Source: an uncultured virus (IMG/VR IMGVR_UViG_3300044653_000122)
Taxonomy: Duplodnaviria > Heunggongvirae > Uroviricota > Caudoviricetes
Direction: 5' to 3' (one strand)
Length of the DNA: 64,000 bases
Virus record (IMG/VR): IMGVR_UViG_3300044653_000122
Part shown: one piece after another, positions 19,265-28,093 of the stretch
Layout of the letters: each line of letters opens with the position of its first letter
How positions within the stretch are numbered: position 1 is the stretch's first letter
Position numbers and translations under genes: made by a program
Notes under the pieces: generated by a model
The model's database searches: none
Told to the model about the DNA's origin: nothing
Seen by the model: the letters and a program-made list of their open reading frames with translations, nothing else

Positions 19265-20430
19265 AACCCAAACTTCCCCGAGGCGTCAGGATTGATGGGG
19301 CAGGCAACCTGTTCGCCCATTCGACGAAGACGGGGCCTGAGATTACCCGGCACCTCGTGGAGAAGGCTGGCCAGTTCCGAGCACTGCAAGTCTACATGGA
19401 GGAGGCCCGGGAAATCCTCGGGTTCACCCCCCACGTCGAGGACAAAGCGACCCTGATGAAGGTCGCCCAATTCTGGTGGAAACGAACGTACGCCCATGTC
19501 CCGGGAGACATCGAGGCGTTCAACCTGTACTGGAAGTTCCTCGATCAGCAGCCCCAGGTCTTCGGAAAGACGAGCGAGACAGAACCGGACATCCTCGTCA
19601 ACATGCTCGGAGCACGATGGTGTGATCAGGGGTTCCCTGTGGTGACCATGGGCGAGAAATATTGCGCCGCGCTCACCGCAACCGATATCCCGAAGGACAT
19701 GGCCGAGGAGGTGGAGGCTCCGTGGAAGTGCTTCCTGATCGAGATCCCCGGGACCGACCTCCTCCAGGTGTGGGACCCCGACGAGGAGGCGTCTGTAAGG
19801 GTGACCAGGATCCTCGTTCAGCGGCACCTCTCACCCAAGGTTGCCCTGCCAACTGAGCCCGTCCCCGAGCCCACCTGGCAGTGGCGCTGGCTCGCTTTCA
19901 GCGACACCAACCAGCACATCTGGCGTAGTGGTCAGGCCGCTGAGATTCTGGAGCCCGTCTCGTTCCGAGAGCAGGAGCTTCACCACTACTACGACCCGGA
20001 GCGTGAGCACGCCTTCGTCGATCAGATCGCCCACGACGAACGGCTCTACATCACGATCGGGCGGTTGGTGATCAACACCTGCCTCGCGCTGAGCAACCCT
20101 GAGAACGTCAAGGAGATCGGGTCCAGCCATGAGAGGTACCGGAATCGCTCCGCCAAAGATCCGAGGACGGGCCCGCCCGAGCAGCGCGTTTATCAGCTCG
20201 GCCAGCCCATCAAGGTGGACTGCCGGTCCGCCGTCAAGGAGTGGCTCGGAGGCCACCGCAAGAGCAGCACGGTCAACGTCCAATTCCTCGTCCGCGGGCA
20301 CTGGAGGAACCAGGCCCACGGGCCGAAGATGGCCCTCCGGTCCCGACGCTGGATCGAACCTTATTGGAAGGGCGAGAAGGATGCCCCCATTCCGCTGCGC
20401 AGCCACAAGCTCGAAGGTAGCGAAGCATGA
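19261..20430 (+). CDS. Phage protein with C-terminal VRGHW motif (paralogue of 33394..34584)
   Basis: LVRGHWRNQAHGPK...WIEPYWKG..DAP. Confidence 0.75.
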   Translation: MKPKLPRGVRIDGAGNLFAHSTKTGPEITRHLVEKAGQFRALQVYMEEAREILGFTPHVEDKATLMKVAQFWWKRTYAHVPGDIEAFNLYWKFLDQQPQVFGKTSETEPDILVNMLGARWCDQGFPVVTMGEKYCAALTATDIPKDMAEEVEAPWKCFLIEIPGTDLLQVWDPDEEASVRVTRILVQRHLSPKVALPTEPVPEPTWQWRWLAFSDTNQHIWRSGQAAEILEPVSFREQELHHYYDPEREHAFVDQIAHDERLYITIGRLVINTCLALSNPENVKEIGSSHERYRNRSAKDPRTGPPEQRVYQLGQPIKVDCRSAVKEWLGGHRKSSTVNVQFLVRGHWRNQAHGPKMALRSRRWIEPYWKGEKDAPIPLRSHKLEGSEA

Positions 20431-21113
20431 TCACCAAGATCGTAGAACTGACGAACGGCTTCAATTGGGGCAAGTTCATGGTCGCCCGCTTCGACGAGAA
20501 GGAGTGGGAGCACCGAAGCAAGATCGACGGCGGAACGAAGATGCTCGGAGGGCGCGGCTGGACGCCAACCAGCCTTTTGGTCCTCGATCTCCAAACGGGG
20601 GAGGGGGCTATCTTTCGGCCAGGGGGTTTGGCTAAGGTCGACCTGGAGAAGCATGCCGTCTGGGTGTGCCCAATGTATCACGTTTTCCTCAACTGGCTCT
20701 ACAATCACCCCGAGTACTGGAGGGAGCCTAAAAGTATCCTCTCTCTTCCAGACGACCTCACGCTGACCGACGAGGAAACGGACAAGCAGAGCGCTATCTA
20801 TGGACATCGGAGATCCGGTCCATCTCAAGAGGTACGTGCCGCCAAAGTCCGTGAAACCGAGCTTCCACGCAAGTCATCCAAGCCGGTGCCTGCAAAGCTC
20901 ACGGGACCTCAACTCGAAGAGCTTCGCAAACTCGCTCAAAAACCTCAGAACACCTACGGCAAGGCGAGGGCACGCGTCCAAGGAAACCTCGTCGGCATGG
21001 GGTTGGCCGAGTTTGCGGATGACAAAGGGAATTACGCAAGCCCTCTTGATGGGGAACGGTGTCAGATCACAGACCGTGGACGCCAGATGCTTACCAACGG
21101 GGACGGACGATGA
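20427..21113 (+). CDS. Hypothetical protein
   Basis: ATGA overlap; VLDLQTGEGAIF and WVCPMY motifs. Confidence 0.7.
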   Translation: MITKIVELTNGFNWGKFMVARFDEKEWEHRSKIDGGTKMLGGRGWTPTSLLVLDLQTGEGAIFRPGGLAKVDLEKHAVWVCPMYHVFLNWLYNHPEYWREPKSILSLPDDLTLTDEETDKQSAIYGHRRSGPSQEVRAAKVRETELPRKSSKPVPAKLTGPQLEELRKLAQKPQNTYGKARARVQGNLVGMGLAEFADDKGNYASPLDGERCQITDRGRQMLTNGDGR

Positions 21114-21168
21114 GGGCGGCCCCGGACCCCACGTGAAGTTGTCAGATCCCCTCCTTGCCAAACGTCTT

Positions 21169-21738
21169 ATGAGCATGCACCTCAAGATCGCCTTCTCCAA
21201 CATCTGTTCGGCCTCCTCCCCCAATGCCATCGGCTCCCGCATCGAGAACGATGCCGGCTTCACCGAGGCGGCCCTCAAGGCCATCGAGGCCTATGACTTT
21301 ACCGGGACGCGCGTCCGTGGGCAGGGGTTCATCGAATGCCCCGATGCAACCCCGTTCGTCTCGGCTGGTGTTGGTCCCCGTTCGAAGAACCCGGAGGACT
21401 ACGTTCTCCGCGTACATCGGGGAATCGTCGGGGCGTACCTGCAACGCAAATTTGCTGCCCCGGTCACTGGGTGCGCTCTCGTCGTCTACACGCGGGAGGC
21501 CTATATGAAGGACCCCGACGTCACCCCCGAGGAGGTGGTCCGTCTGGGAGACGCGACCCACGTCATTGTGGCGGTTCTCGCCTACGCGGGTCCTAATTCC
21601 CCGCTCCCTCCGTACAGACTCGTCTGGAACCTGGCGGGAGGCAACCAGGAGGCAAACGCGTGGTCTCTCTCCGAGGTTCGGGCTAAGGCCAAGGCGGCGA
21701 TCGATTACGATAACGCCTGGGTCACCGTCGCAAGCTGA
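21169..21738 (+). CDS. Hypothetical protein (weak DUF3228-like pattern)
   Basis: Coding-like codon bias from 21169; family guess is weak. Confidence 0.6.
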   Translation: MSMHLKIAFSNICSASSPNAIGSRIENDAGFTEAALKAIEAYDFTGTRVRGQGFIECPDATPFVSAGVGPRSKNPEDYVLRVHRGIVGAYLQRKFAAPVTGCALVVYTREAYMKDPDVTPEEVVRLGDATHVIVAVLAYAGPNSPLPPYRLVWNLAGGNQEANAWSLSEVRAKAKAAIDYDNAWVTVAS

Positions 21739-21844
21739 TGTACAAGGAGGTCTCTGTGGGCTTGTTCGTCCCTTCCATCATCCAGTTCCCGAAGTGGGTC
21801 TACAGGCTGTCTCGGTGGTGGCGCGAAAGGAAAAAGGTCAAGCG

Positions 21845-22426
21845 CTAGCACTCGATTAGGACGCCGTCCCGCAACCACCCGTGGTATTGCCAGCCCCCAT
21901 CGGCTTTCTGCCCGATGAGGATGCTGGGGGTCACGGTGAGATTGGGTGGCGCCCCTGTGCGAGACCACTTGCCCTGACGGTAGTCGCCATCGATGTGCCA
22001 ATCTCCTCCTGGGGTCCGCACGCAGTACGATTTGCCGTCGGGGCCCGTTCCGGGCATCCACGAGCACTCCCACATAGCCCCAGGAGGGGCCATGACCCCC
22101 TTGTCGTTCGTCGCCTGGTCGGGGGATGTAAGCGTGAATTCGCGACCATCATCGGTTTTGAAAACGAGACCGAAGTTCGCCTGCCACAAATCGTCTTCAA
22201 CGAAGACGTAGTCGCACAAGTCGCATTTGGAGGGCCATCGGAGATCGTCGTGGGGGTGGGAGTCCCCGTTCGAGGGAGGAGCCTCGTGGTCTTCGATCCC
22301 GATGAACGTGTCAGCGTTGTGACACCAGTTGTTGGAAGGGCACTTTGTGTCCTTGCTGTAGCGGCGCAGGGTCACGCGGTAGCTCTTCGTCGGCTGGATC
22401 AGGAAGCATCGGATGGAGGTGCCCAT
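21845..22426 (-). CDS. Protein with a C-terminal DUF6527-like domain
   Basis: WSRTGAPPNLTVTPSI...YHGWLRDGVLIEC; Cys/His-rich N-terminus. Confidence 0.6.
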   Translation of the reverse strand: MGTSIRCFLIQPTKSYRVTLRRYSKDTKCPSNNWCHNADTFIGIEDHEAPPSNGDSHPHDDLRWPSKCDLCDYVFVEDDLWQANFGLVFKTDDGREFTLTSPDQATNDKGVMAPPGAMWECSWMPGTGPDGKSYCVRTPGGDWHIDGDYRQGKWSRTGAPPNLTVTPSILIGQKADGGWQYHGWLRDGVLIEC

Positions 22427-22481
22427 GAAAGTCTCCCACCCACAGGCTGTAGAAAAGGATCAGCCGCAACACCTCTGACCC

Positions 22482-22507
22482 TTGATCGGCATCTTCTCGG
22501 GTTGTAG
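22482..22507 (+). promoter_or_regulatory. Class-1 motif TTGATC-N15-TGTAG
   Basis: Upstream of 22544 (leadered). Confidence 0.7.
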
Positions 22508-22543
22508 AGAGGGAAACTCTCAGGAGAGCCAAAGGTAACCAAA

Positions 22544-23101
22544 ATGAACCTTACGCACGACGAGGACGGGACCCTGCATGGGGCCGATGATCTGGTCGGC
22601 TCCGTCCGCATCGACCTGTCCGACTTGGACATCCGCTGCCCCCTCGATGAGGAAGAGGACGGGATCGAGTTCGACAACGACGAGTCTTACAAGCTCATCG
22701 GCATCGAGGTGGAAAAAGTCAGCCCCGAAGAAGGAAACCTCTTCGGCTTCTGGGCTGTGGTCTATGTCGAGGGAACCCGTCAGACGATGGTGGACGAGTT
22801 CTACCCCTCGCTCATGGAGCTGTGCGACCACTACAGGTGCACGTTCAATGAGGTGGCAGACCGCCTGGCTCTCAAACTCCTCCAGACGTCCTCCGAGAAC
22901 CCTGACAATGACAAGTCCCAGCAGACGTTGGAGACCATCCATGAGCTGATCGGCACCACGCAGGACGAGACGGCTCAGGATGTCACCCTTCGTGCCCTGC
23001 GCATCTACCTCAGCATCGTGCGGCACATGCAGGCCGGGGGAACCGTCAGCTTCGTCGATGCTCAGGGGGCTGCCAAGAAACTCAAGGTTGCCCTCAAGTA
23101 A
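22544..23101 (+). CDS. Acidic protein with a possible C-terminal ribbon-helix-helix-like domain
   Basis: TAQDVTLRALRIY...GGTV tail. Confidence 0.6.
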   Translation: MNLTHDEDGTLHGADDLVGSVRIDLSDLDIRCPLDEEEDGIEFDNDESYKLIGIEVEKVSPEEGNLFGFWAVVYVEGTRQTMVDEFYPSLMELCDHYRCTFNEVADRLALKLLQTSSENPDNDKSQQTLETIHELIGTTQDETAQDVTLRALRIYLSIVRHMQAGGTVSFVDAQGAAKKLKVALK

Positions 23102-23109
23102 CGTTTCGG

Positions 23110-23135
23110 GCTTTGCCTAAATCGGCAGGCAAAGC
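23110..23135 (+). terminator. Intergenic hairpin (possible terminator)
   Basis: GCTTTGCCT-N8-AGGCAAAGC just after the stop; no clear U tract. Confidence 0.45.
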
Positions 23136-23173
23136 TAACGCCTCGGTGTAGAGAAAGCCCTCGGAGGTTACCT

Positions 23174-23386
23174 GTGCCCCACCGTCGTCATCGTTTCTCG
23201 GGATGCTCGCACAAAGGTTTTGGTGCGTTCTGCCATAGATGTGCCGAGGCCACCAAGCTCGAAGCGGCTCTTCCGAAGACCATCAACGAGAAGTTCAACC
23301 AGATGAAGGCCGAGATCGAGAGGCTTCGGGCACCGGCCGTCAAGAAGACGCGCTACACCCAGCAGGCCCCAGAGGAGGGGGCCTAG
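23174..23386 (+). CDS. Small Cys/His protein
   Basis: GGAGG SD; CxH...CHRC. Confidence 0.65.
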   Translation: MPHRRHRFSGCSHKGFGAFCHRCAEATKLEAALPKTINEKFNQMKAEIERLRAPAVKKTRYTQQAPEEGA

Positions 23387-23423
23387 CCTCGACCGGACGG
23401 CCCTGGAGCCCTATGTACGTGCC

Positions 23424-24686
23424 ATGAAGACCCACTACATCATCGGGGGCGGCACGATTTTCCACGTTCGGCCCCACCTGGCCCTCTGCGCACCAGCTTA
23501 CGGCAAAACTGCGCTCAGCCTCCAGGCAATCCTTGGCAAGTACCTGCCCGACGACAAGAAGTTGCTTCGGCTAACGCGCATGGCCGGGGGAAACCCAGAC
23601 TTGGAAACCAACGCTGACGTGTCTCGGCTGATCGACGAGATCATCGCCGATCCAAGTACGGGAATCGTCTTCATGAGCGCTGCGCTCTGTGACTTCGAGG
23701 GCAGCATCCTGGAGGAAACGAACGGACCCCCTGGCGCACCGCTCGATCGAGTAACCCTTTCCGGCAAGAATCAGCCCCGACTCAAAACCAAGGAAGGGGT
23801 GCAGCGCATGACCCTGCAACCGGCTGACAAGCTCATCGGCCGCATCCGCAAAGAGCGGAAGGACATCTTCCTTGTCGGGTTCAAGACGACAACGGGGGCA
23901 ACGTCACAAGAGCAGTATGAAGCGGGTCTCACGCTCCTCAAGAAGACTTCGTGCAACCTCGTGCTCGCCAACGACCTCCACACAAGGCTCAACATGGTCG
24001 TTGCCCCGGAGTTGGCACGCTACCACGAGGCCTACGATCGCTTTGCGACCGTTAAGGGCTTGGTCGAAATGGCTGTGAAGCGGTCACAGCTCCATTTCAC
24101 GCGCACGACTCTGAAAGATGGGGTGCTCATCCCTTGGGACAGTGCTTCCGTTCCTCCGAGCCTCAAGACCGTCGTCGATCACTGCATCCAGCGCGGTGCC
24201 TACAAACCGTTCAACGGGGTCACGGTTGGCCACTTCGCTTACCGTGATCGTTCCATCGGCAGCGTACTCTATAGCTCGCGACGCAAGCAAAACTACAACC
24301 TCCCGCACGGCACCGACCTCGTACGTGTCGAGTTCCAGGGGGAACAGGTCATCGCCTACGGTGCAAAGCCAAGCGCTGGCACCAGGTCCCAATGGGCTGT
24401 TCTCCAAAGCAACCCCGACTACGACTGCATCATCCACTTTCACTGCCCTGCCAGGCTCGGCTCAGCGGTGATTGTTCGCCCACAGCACGACTACGAGTGT
24501 GGGTCCCACGAGTGTGGAGAGAACACGAAAGCCGGCATTCGACGCTACGAGTGTGGTGCTCTGGCGGCAGTGATGCTGGACAGACACGGGCCAAACATCA
24601 TCTTCCACCGGGACGTGGATCCCCAGCGCATCATCGACTTCATCGAAGACAACTTCGACCTCACGAAGCGCAGCGACGAGCCGTGA
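23424..24686 (+). CDS. CoaB/DFP (phosphopantothenate-cysteine ligase-like) domain fused to a class II aldolase-like domain
   Basis: IIGGGT, MSAALCDF, FLVGFK, CNLVLAND; C-terminal KPS, IIHFHC, YECGS, HG. Confidence 0.65.
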   Translation: MKTHYIIGGGTIFHVRPHLALCAPAYGKTALSLQAILGKYLPDDKKLLRLTRMAGGNPDLETNADVSRLIDEIIADPSTGIVFMSAALCDFEGSILEETNGPPGAPLDRVTLSGKNQPRLKTKEGVQRMTLQPADKLIGRIRKERKDIFLVGFKTTTGATSQEQYEAGLTLLKKTSCNLVLANDLHTRLNMVVAPELARYHEAYDRFATVKGLVEMAVKRSQLHFTRTTLKDGVLIPWDSASVPPSLKTVVDHCIQRGAYKPFNGVTVGHFAYRDRSIGSVLYSSRRKQNYNLPHGTDLVRVEFQGEQVIAYGAKPSAGTRSQWAVLQSNPDYDCIIHFHCPARLGSAVIVRPQHDYECGSHECGENTKAGIRRYECGALAAVMLDRHGPNIIFHRDVDPQRIIDFIEDNFDLTKRSDEP

Positions 24687-24946
24687 AGCGCCTCCCCCAG
24701 GGAATTTGGAAGGACACGGGCTTCTCGGACACTAAGTTCAGGGTGCTCTACTACGACTCCAGGTCCAAATGCTACCGCATCCAGTACCTCAATATGATGG
24801 GTATGCGGATGTGGACCCCCATTGAGGAGTTTGGCGAACGGGGTCGGTTTCAGCCGATGGGGGCGTGGGGCTTCTTGCTCCAACAGAGGTTAGATCGAAA
24901 GGCAAGACGACGTCCCATGTACTGCGCCGCCGACGCAGCCCTTTGA
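24683..24946 (+). CDS. Hypothetical protein
   Basis: GTGA overlap; stop lies inside the class-1 motif. Confidence 0.55.
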   Translation: MKRLPQGIWKDTGFSDTKFRVLYYDSRSKCYRIQYLNMMGMRMWTPIEEFGERGRFQPMGAWGFLLQQRLDRKARRRPMYCAADAAL

Positions 24947-24968
24947 TCGCAAAGGGTTATCGGTGTAG
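24943..24968 (+). promoter_or_regulatory. Class-1 motif (also contains GGTGTAG)
   Basis: TTGATC-N15-TGTAG; its TGA is the upstream stop. Confidence 0.75.
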
Positions 24969-24988
24969 TAGATACAGGAGGGCATCTC

Positions 24989-25747
24989 ATGCCGGATCTC
25001 GAAATCAAGTGCTCGCGCTGTGGCTCCCATCTCCACCACGAGTGTCACCCGGACACGGTGCAGTGGGCAGCGGTGGACCTCTTCATGTGGCGACCCGAGA
25101 GCGGGTTTCCCAAGGAGATGAAGAAGCACGGGGACGGATCGGAGCAGGACGCGACAGTCCCGTTCCTCACCGAGAGCTTCCTCTACCCCCTTCTCGGCAA
25201 GGAGGACGCGCGGACCCTCATGTCCCTTGTGGACAATCTCTTCCGGGCGATGGGTGTGGAGCCGCACGCCTACCGGGAGAAGGCCTGGGCGCTGATCGAC
25301 AAGAAGAAGCGGAACCGTGAGGAAGAGGAGCGGCAGCGAGCTGAAGGGCGCAAGAGGTACCGGGAGGAGATGCAGCCGATCTCCGAGGTGAGGCGCACCA
25401 CAAGCAGTCCGACGATCTGCGACTACCGCAGCTTCTACTGCTTCGATGCGAACGTTCACGCCTGCGAGGAGGGTCGTTGCATGGCGCGCGCTGGGGAGGG
25501 CAACCACTCCGAGAAGAAGAAGCCCAAGCTCGGGGAGGTTGATCGGGATCCAGTACTCGGGATGTCTGTCGAATGCCACCTCTGCAAGCGGGTCCATAAC
25601 GCAGTGCTCCGGCAAGTCGAGCACTGGAAGGAGGAGCCGCGTTACCAGGCAACGAAAGCTCGTCTCACAAACGACCCAGGGTTCAAGCCTCAGGACTGGA
25701 TCGCCTCCGACGCCATCGCCAAGGCGTTTGGGTTCAACCGAGATTGA
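24989..25747 (+). CDS. Cys-rich hypothetical protein
   Basis: GGAGG SD; CxxC motifs; ESFLYPLLGKEDAR. Confidence 0.7.
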   Translation: MPDLEIKCSRCGSHLHHECHPDTVQWAAVDLFMWRPESGFPKEMKKHGDGSEQDATVPFLTESFLYPLLGKEDARTLMSLVDNLFRAMGVEPHAYREKAWALIDKKKRNREEEERQRAEGRKRYREEMQPISEVRRTTSSPTICDYRSFYCFDANVHACEEGRCMARAGEGNHSEKKKPKLGEVDRDPVLGMSVECHLCKRVHNAVLRQVEHWKEEPRYQATKARLTNDPGFKPQDWIASDAIAKAFGFNRD

Positions 25748-25989
25748 TCGTGCTCACCCATCAGCAGAAGTTCACCCTCGCCAAGGTCGTCAAGGCCCAC
25801 CTCAAAGGCCAACGCTACCGGGCGGCTGACTCAGGGGAGCGTGTCACCCTCGCTAGCCTCTATCGGCAGGTTCTCCTCGTCCGGTGGGCCTGGCGGGGTC
25901 AGGAAGGAGAGCCCAGCGCGGCTTATGAGTACGCCCTCCATCCCGACGTGGAGACCGAGCTGAAGCGGACCTTAGCGGCGCCTACATGA
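25744..25989 (+). CDS. Small hypothetical protein
   Basis: Overlap-coupled ORF. Confidence 0.6.
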   Translation: MIVLTHQQKFTLAKVVKAHLKGQRYRAADSGERVTLASLYRQVLLVRWAWRGQEGEPSAAYEYALHPDVETELKRTLAAPT

Positions 25990-26204
25990 ACGACTTGTAC
26001 ATCCTCAAGACCCTCGCTGTCAAGATGGGTGGTACCCTTATCGATCGGTCCGTCGGCTTCTCCCTCGAAACTGGCGACGTATACAAACTCTACAGTGAGG
26101 GGGATCAGGTCATCCTTCGACAGGTTTGGGGGCGTGATAAGGGTCAGCGCTGCGCTATCGCCACCCTCTCTGAGCTGCGTAAAAATTCCCCCATGTTCTC
26201 TTGA
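25986..26204 (+). CDS. Small hypothetical protein
   Basis: ATGA overlap; stop lies inside the class-1 motif. Confidence 0.6.
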   Translation: MNDLYILKTLAVKMGGTLIDRSVGFSLETGDVYKLYSEGDQVILRQVWGRDKGQRCAIATLSELRKNSPMFS

Positions 26205-26226
26205 TCGGAGAGACTATCGACTGTAG
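26201..26226 (+). promoter_or_regulatory. Class-1 motif
   Basis: TTGATC-N15-TGTAG-N7-ATG. Confidence 0.85.
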
Positions 26227-26233
26227 AGGGGAC

Positions 26234-26611
26234 ATGATCACCAACACCCCCTCCGGTTCGACCACCCTGGTCCAGATTCGTGAGCGCGCTGCGAAGGCGG
26301 CCCTCCTCATCGAGAAGTGCAAGAGCCTCTCGGTGGCTGACGCGCTCGTTGCCCTCAAGGCCGACGCAGACCAGAGCCACGCACAGTTCCCCCAGTACAA
26401 GGGGCACTTCGACGGCTACGCCCTCTGCCGCGTGAAGAAGACCATCAAGACCAAGGCAGGAATCGCGTTCGAGAAGGGCGACCTTGCCATCATGACGCCG
26501 TTCAAGTCGTTCGATGTGTACAACCACGCGTTCGACAGCACCATGACGGTTTACTCGGCGCGCAACGGCGTCGACACGGTTGTTCGTTCCTGCGATGTCG
26601 AAAGCGTTTGA
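26234..26611 (+). CDS. Hypothetical protein (predicted leaderless)
   Basis: ATG 7 nt after the motif; strong GC3 bias. Confidence 0.75.
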   Translation: MITNTPSGSTTLVQIRERAAKAALLIEKCKSLSVADALVALKADADQSHAQFPQYKGHFDGYALCRVKKTIKTKAGIAFEKGDLAIMTPFKSFDVYNHAFDSTMTVYSARNGVDTVVRSCDVESV

Positions 26612-26633
26612 TCAGGGACCCCCAACGGAGTAG
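26608..26633 (+). promoter_or_regulatory. Class-1 motif
   Basis: TTGATC-N15-AGTAG-N7-ATG. Confidence 0.8.
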
Positions 26634-26640
26634 AAGGACC

Positions 26641-26931
26641 ATGAGCACCACGACGACCCTCCCCGCTCTCACCATCGGCGTCCGTGTCCGCATCGAGAAG
26701 GGCTGCAAGGCCCGTGACGTCAACAAAGGTGTTACGGCGGTCGTCAAGGGCGTGGAAGCCCTCGGAGCCGAGTACTCTCACTCGGTTCGCGTTCAGCTCC
26801 AGCTTCTCAATGGCTTCGGCGCTGGGCGTGTCATCACCTTCTTCGCCCGCCACGCGAACCGTCTCTCCGATGCGGTCATCCGCATGAACGACGGCAATCC
26901 CACCCACACGATCGAGGTGGTTCGCCGCTAG
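26641..26931 (+). CDS. Small beta-rich (SH3-like) hypothetical protein
   Basis: IGVRVRIEKG; ATG 7 nt after the motif. Confidence 0.7.
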   Translation: MSTTTTLPALTIGVRVRIEKGCKARDVNKGVTAVVKGVEALGAEYSHSVRVQLQLLNGFGAGRVITFFARHANRLSDAVIRMNDGNPTHTIEVVRR

Positions 26932-26938
26932 TCTAGAA

Positions 26939-27026
26939 GTCGTGCATGGTGCCTTAAGGGAGAGCCTAAGGACGAGGGTGCCTGTTTTTCCGGGCTGGTT
27001 GGTCGCCCTTTCATGAAACACACGAC
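26939..27026 (+). ncRNA. Candidate structured RNA (multi-stem junction) before a terminator
   Basis: GTCGTG/CACGAC and CATG/CATG closing stems enclose the CCTT-AGG/CCT-AAGG and AGGGTG/CGCCCT hairpins. Confidence 0.35.
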
Positions 27027-27030
27027 GGGG

Positions 27031-27062
27031 AAGGGTCTGGGAAACCAGGCCCTTTCTTTTTT
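27031..27062 (+). terminator. Rho-independent terminator
   Basis: AAGGGTCTGG-GAAA-CCAGGCCCTT followed by TCTTTTTT. Confidence 0.9.
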
Positions 27063-27178
27063 GGACGATCGTTCGATGTTGGTGCCGTTCAATGTGTCAA
27101 CTGCCATCGAAAAGAGTATGCCAGGAAGGTAATTGACGATCTCCTATCTTTTCACGGCGAGCGGTGTATTTATTTCTC

Positions 27179-28093
27179 ATGACGACCCCCGCGCCTCTGA
27201 CCGGAACCGCTATCGGAGATGCCCTTGGGATGCCCTTCGAGACTGAGAGTCCTCTCTCCCCCCGACTCGCGGGTTGGACCGGGGATTTTCAAGCATCTGG
27301 TTACCATCGACTGAAGCCTGGACAGTTCACCGACGACACCCAGATGAGCTTGTGCATTGCCGAGACCATCTTGGAGAAGAAGTTCTACGACCCGGCCCTG
27401 GCTGCGCAGAAATACTTGGCCTGGTACACATCGGGGGACTGCCGTGGCATCGGCGGCAGCACCCGCAGAGCGATGGATAACCTACAACAGGGGAAGCCCT
27501 GGGACGCCTCGGGCATCGATGGCGCTGAGGGCAACGGTACGGCGATGCGTGCCGCCCCCATCGGGGCGCACCAGAGCAAGGGAGCGGAGCGCTATCAAGC
27601 GGCGGCTCACTGGGCCCGTATCGACTCGGCGATCACTCACAAGTCGGACAACGCCAAAGAGGGGGCGGCAGCCATGGCGGTCGCAGTGTCCCATCTCTGC
27701 TCGGGTGGCCGCAAGGATAGCCTCCTGACGACGGTCCTTCAGATCATCGAGGGTTCACGTACGAAAACGGCCATCGAGGACGTGTACCGTGCCATCCGTC
27801 GCGGGGATAGTCTGGGCGACTTCTTGAAGACGCGAACCTGGCTGCTGGCAGGTGTGAGCCCCCATGTCGTGGAGTCTGTGCCCGCCGCGTTCACGGCATT
27901 CCTGTACTCCGACAACTTCGAGGACACCGTGAAGAACGCCATCAGGATGGGCGGAGACACGGATTCCGTAGCGGCAATGGCCGGAGCCCTGGCGGGCTCA
28001 TTCTACGGCATCGAAGGCATCCCGAAGATCCTTACGGCCCCCTTGGAGCGTGCAGCAGACATCCGCTCCCTGGAACAGCGCCTCTTGGCCTAG
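27179..28093 (+). CDS. ADP-ribosylglycohydrolase (DraG/ARH family)
   Basis: AIGDALGMPFE, FTDDTQM, GNGTAMRAAP, ITH, GGDTDSVAAMAG. Confidence 0.92.
   Translation: MTTPAPLTGTAIGDALGMPFETESPLSPRLAGWTGDFQASGYHRLKPGQFTDDTQMSLCIAETILEKKFYDPALAAQKYLAWYTSGDCRGIGGSTRRAMDNLQQGKPWDASGIDGAEGNGTAMRAAPIGAHQSKGAERYQAAAHWARIDSAITHKSDNAKEGAAAMAVAVSHLCSGGRKDSLLTTVLQIIEGSRTKTAIEDVYRAIRRGDSLGDFLKTRTWLLAGVSPHVVESVPAAFTAFLYSDNFEDTVKNAIRMGGDTDSVAAMAGALAGSFYGIEGIPKILTAPLERAADIRSLEQRLLA

Noticed and set aside
22510..22540. GAAACTCTCAGG, resembling the glycine riboswitch core
   Set aside because: The upstream GGAGA...CCGAAG elements and enclosing stems are absent, and there is no room after the promoter.
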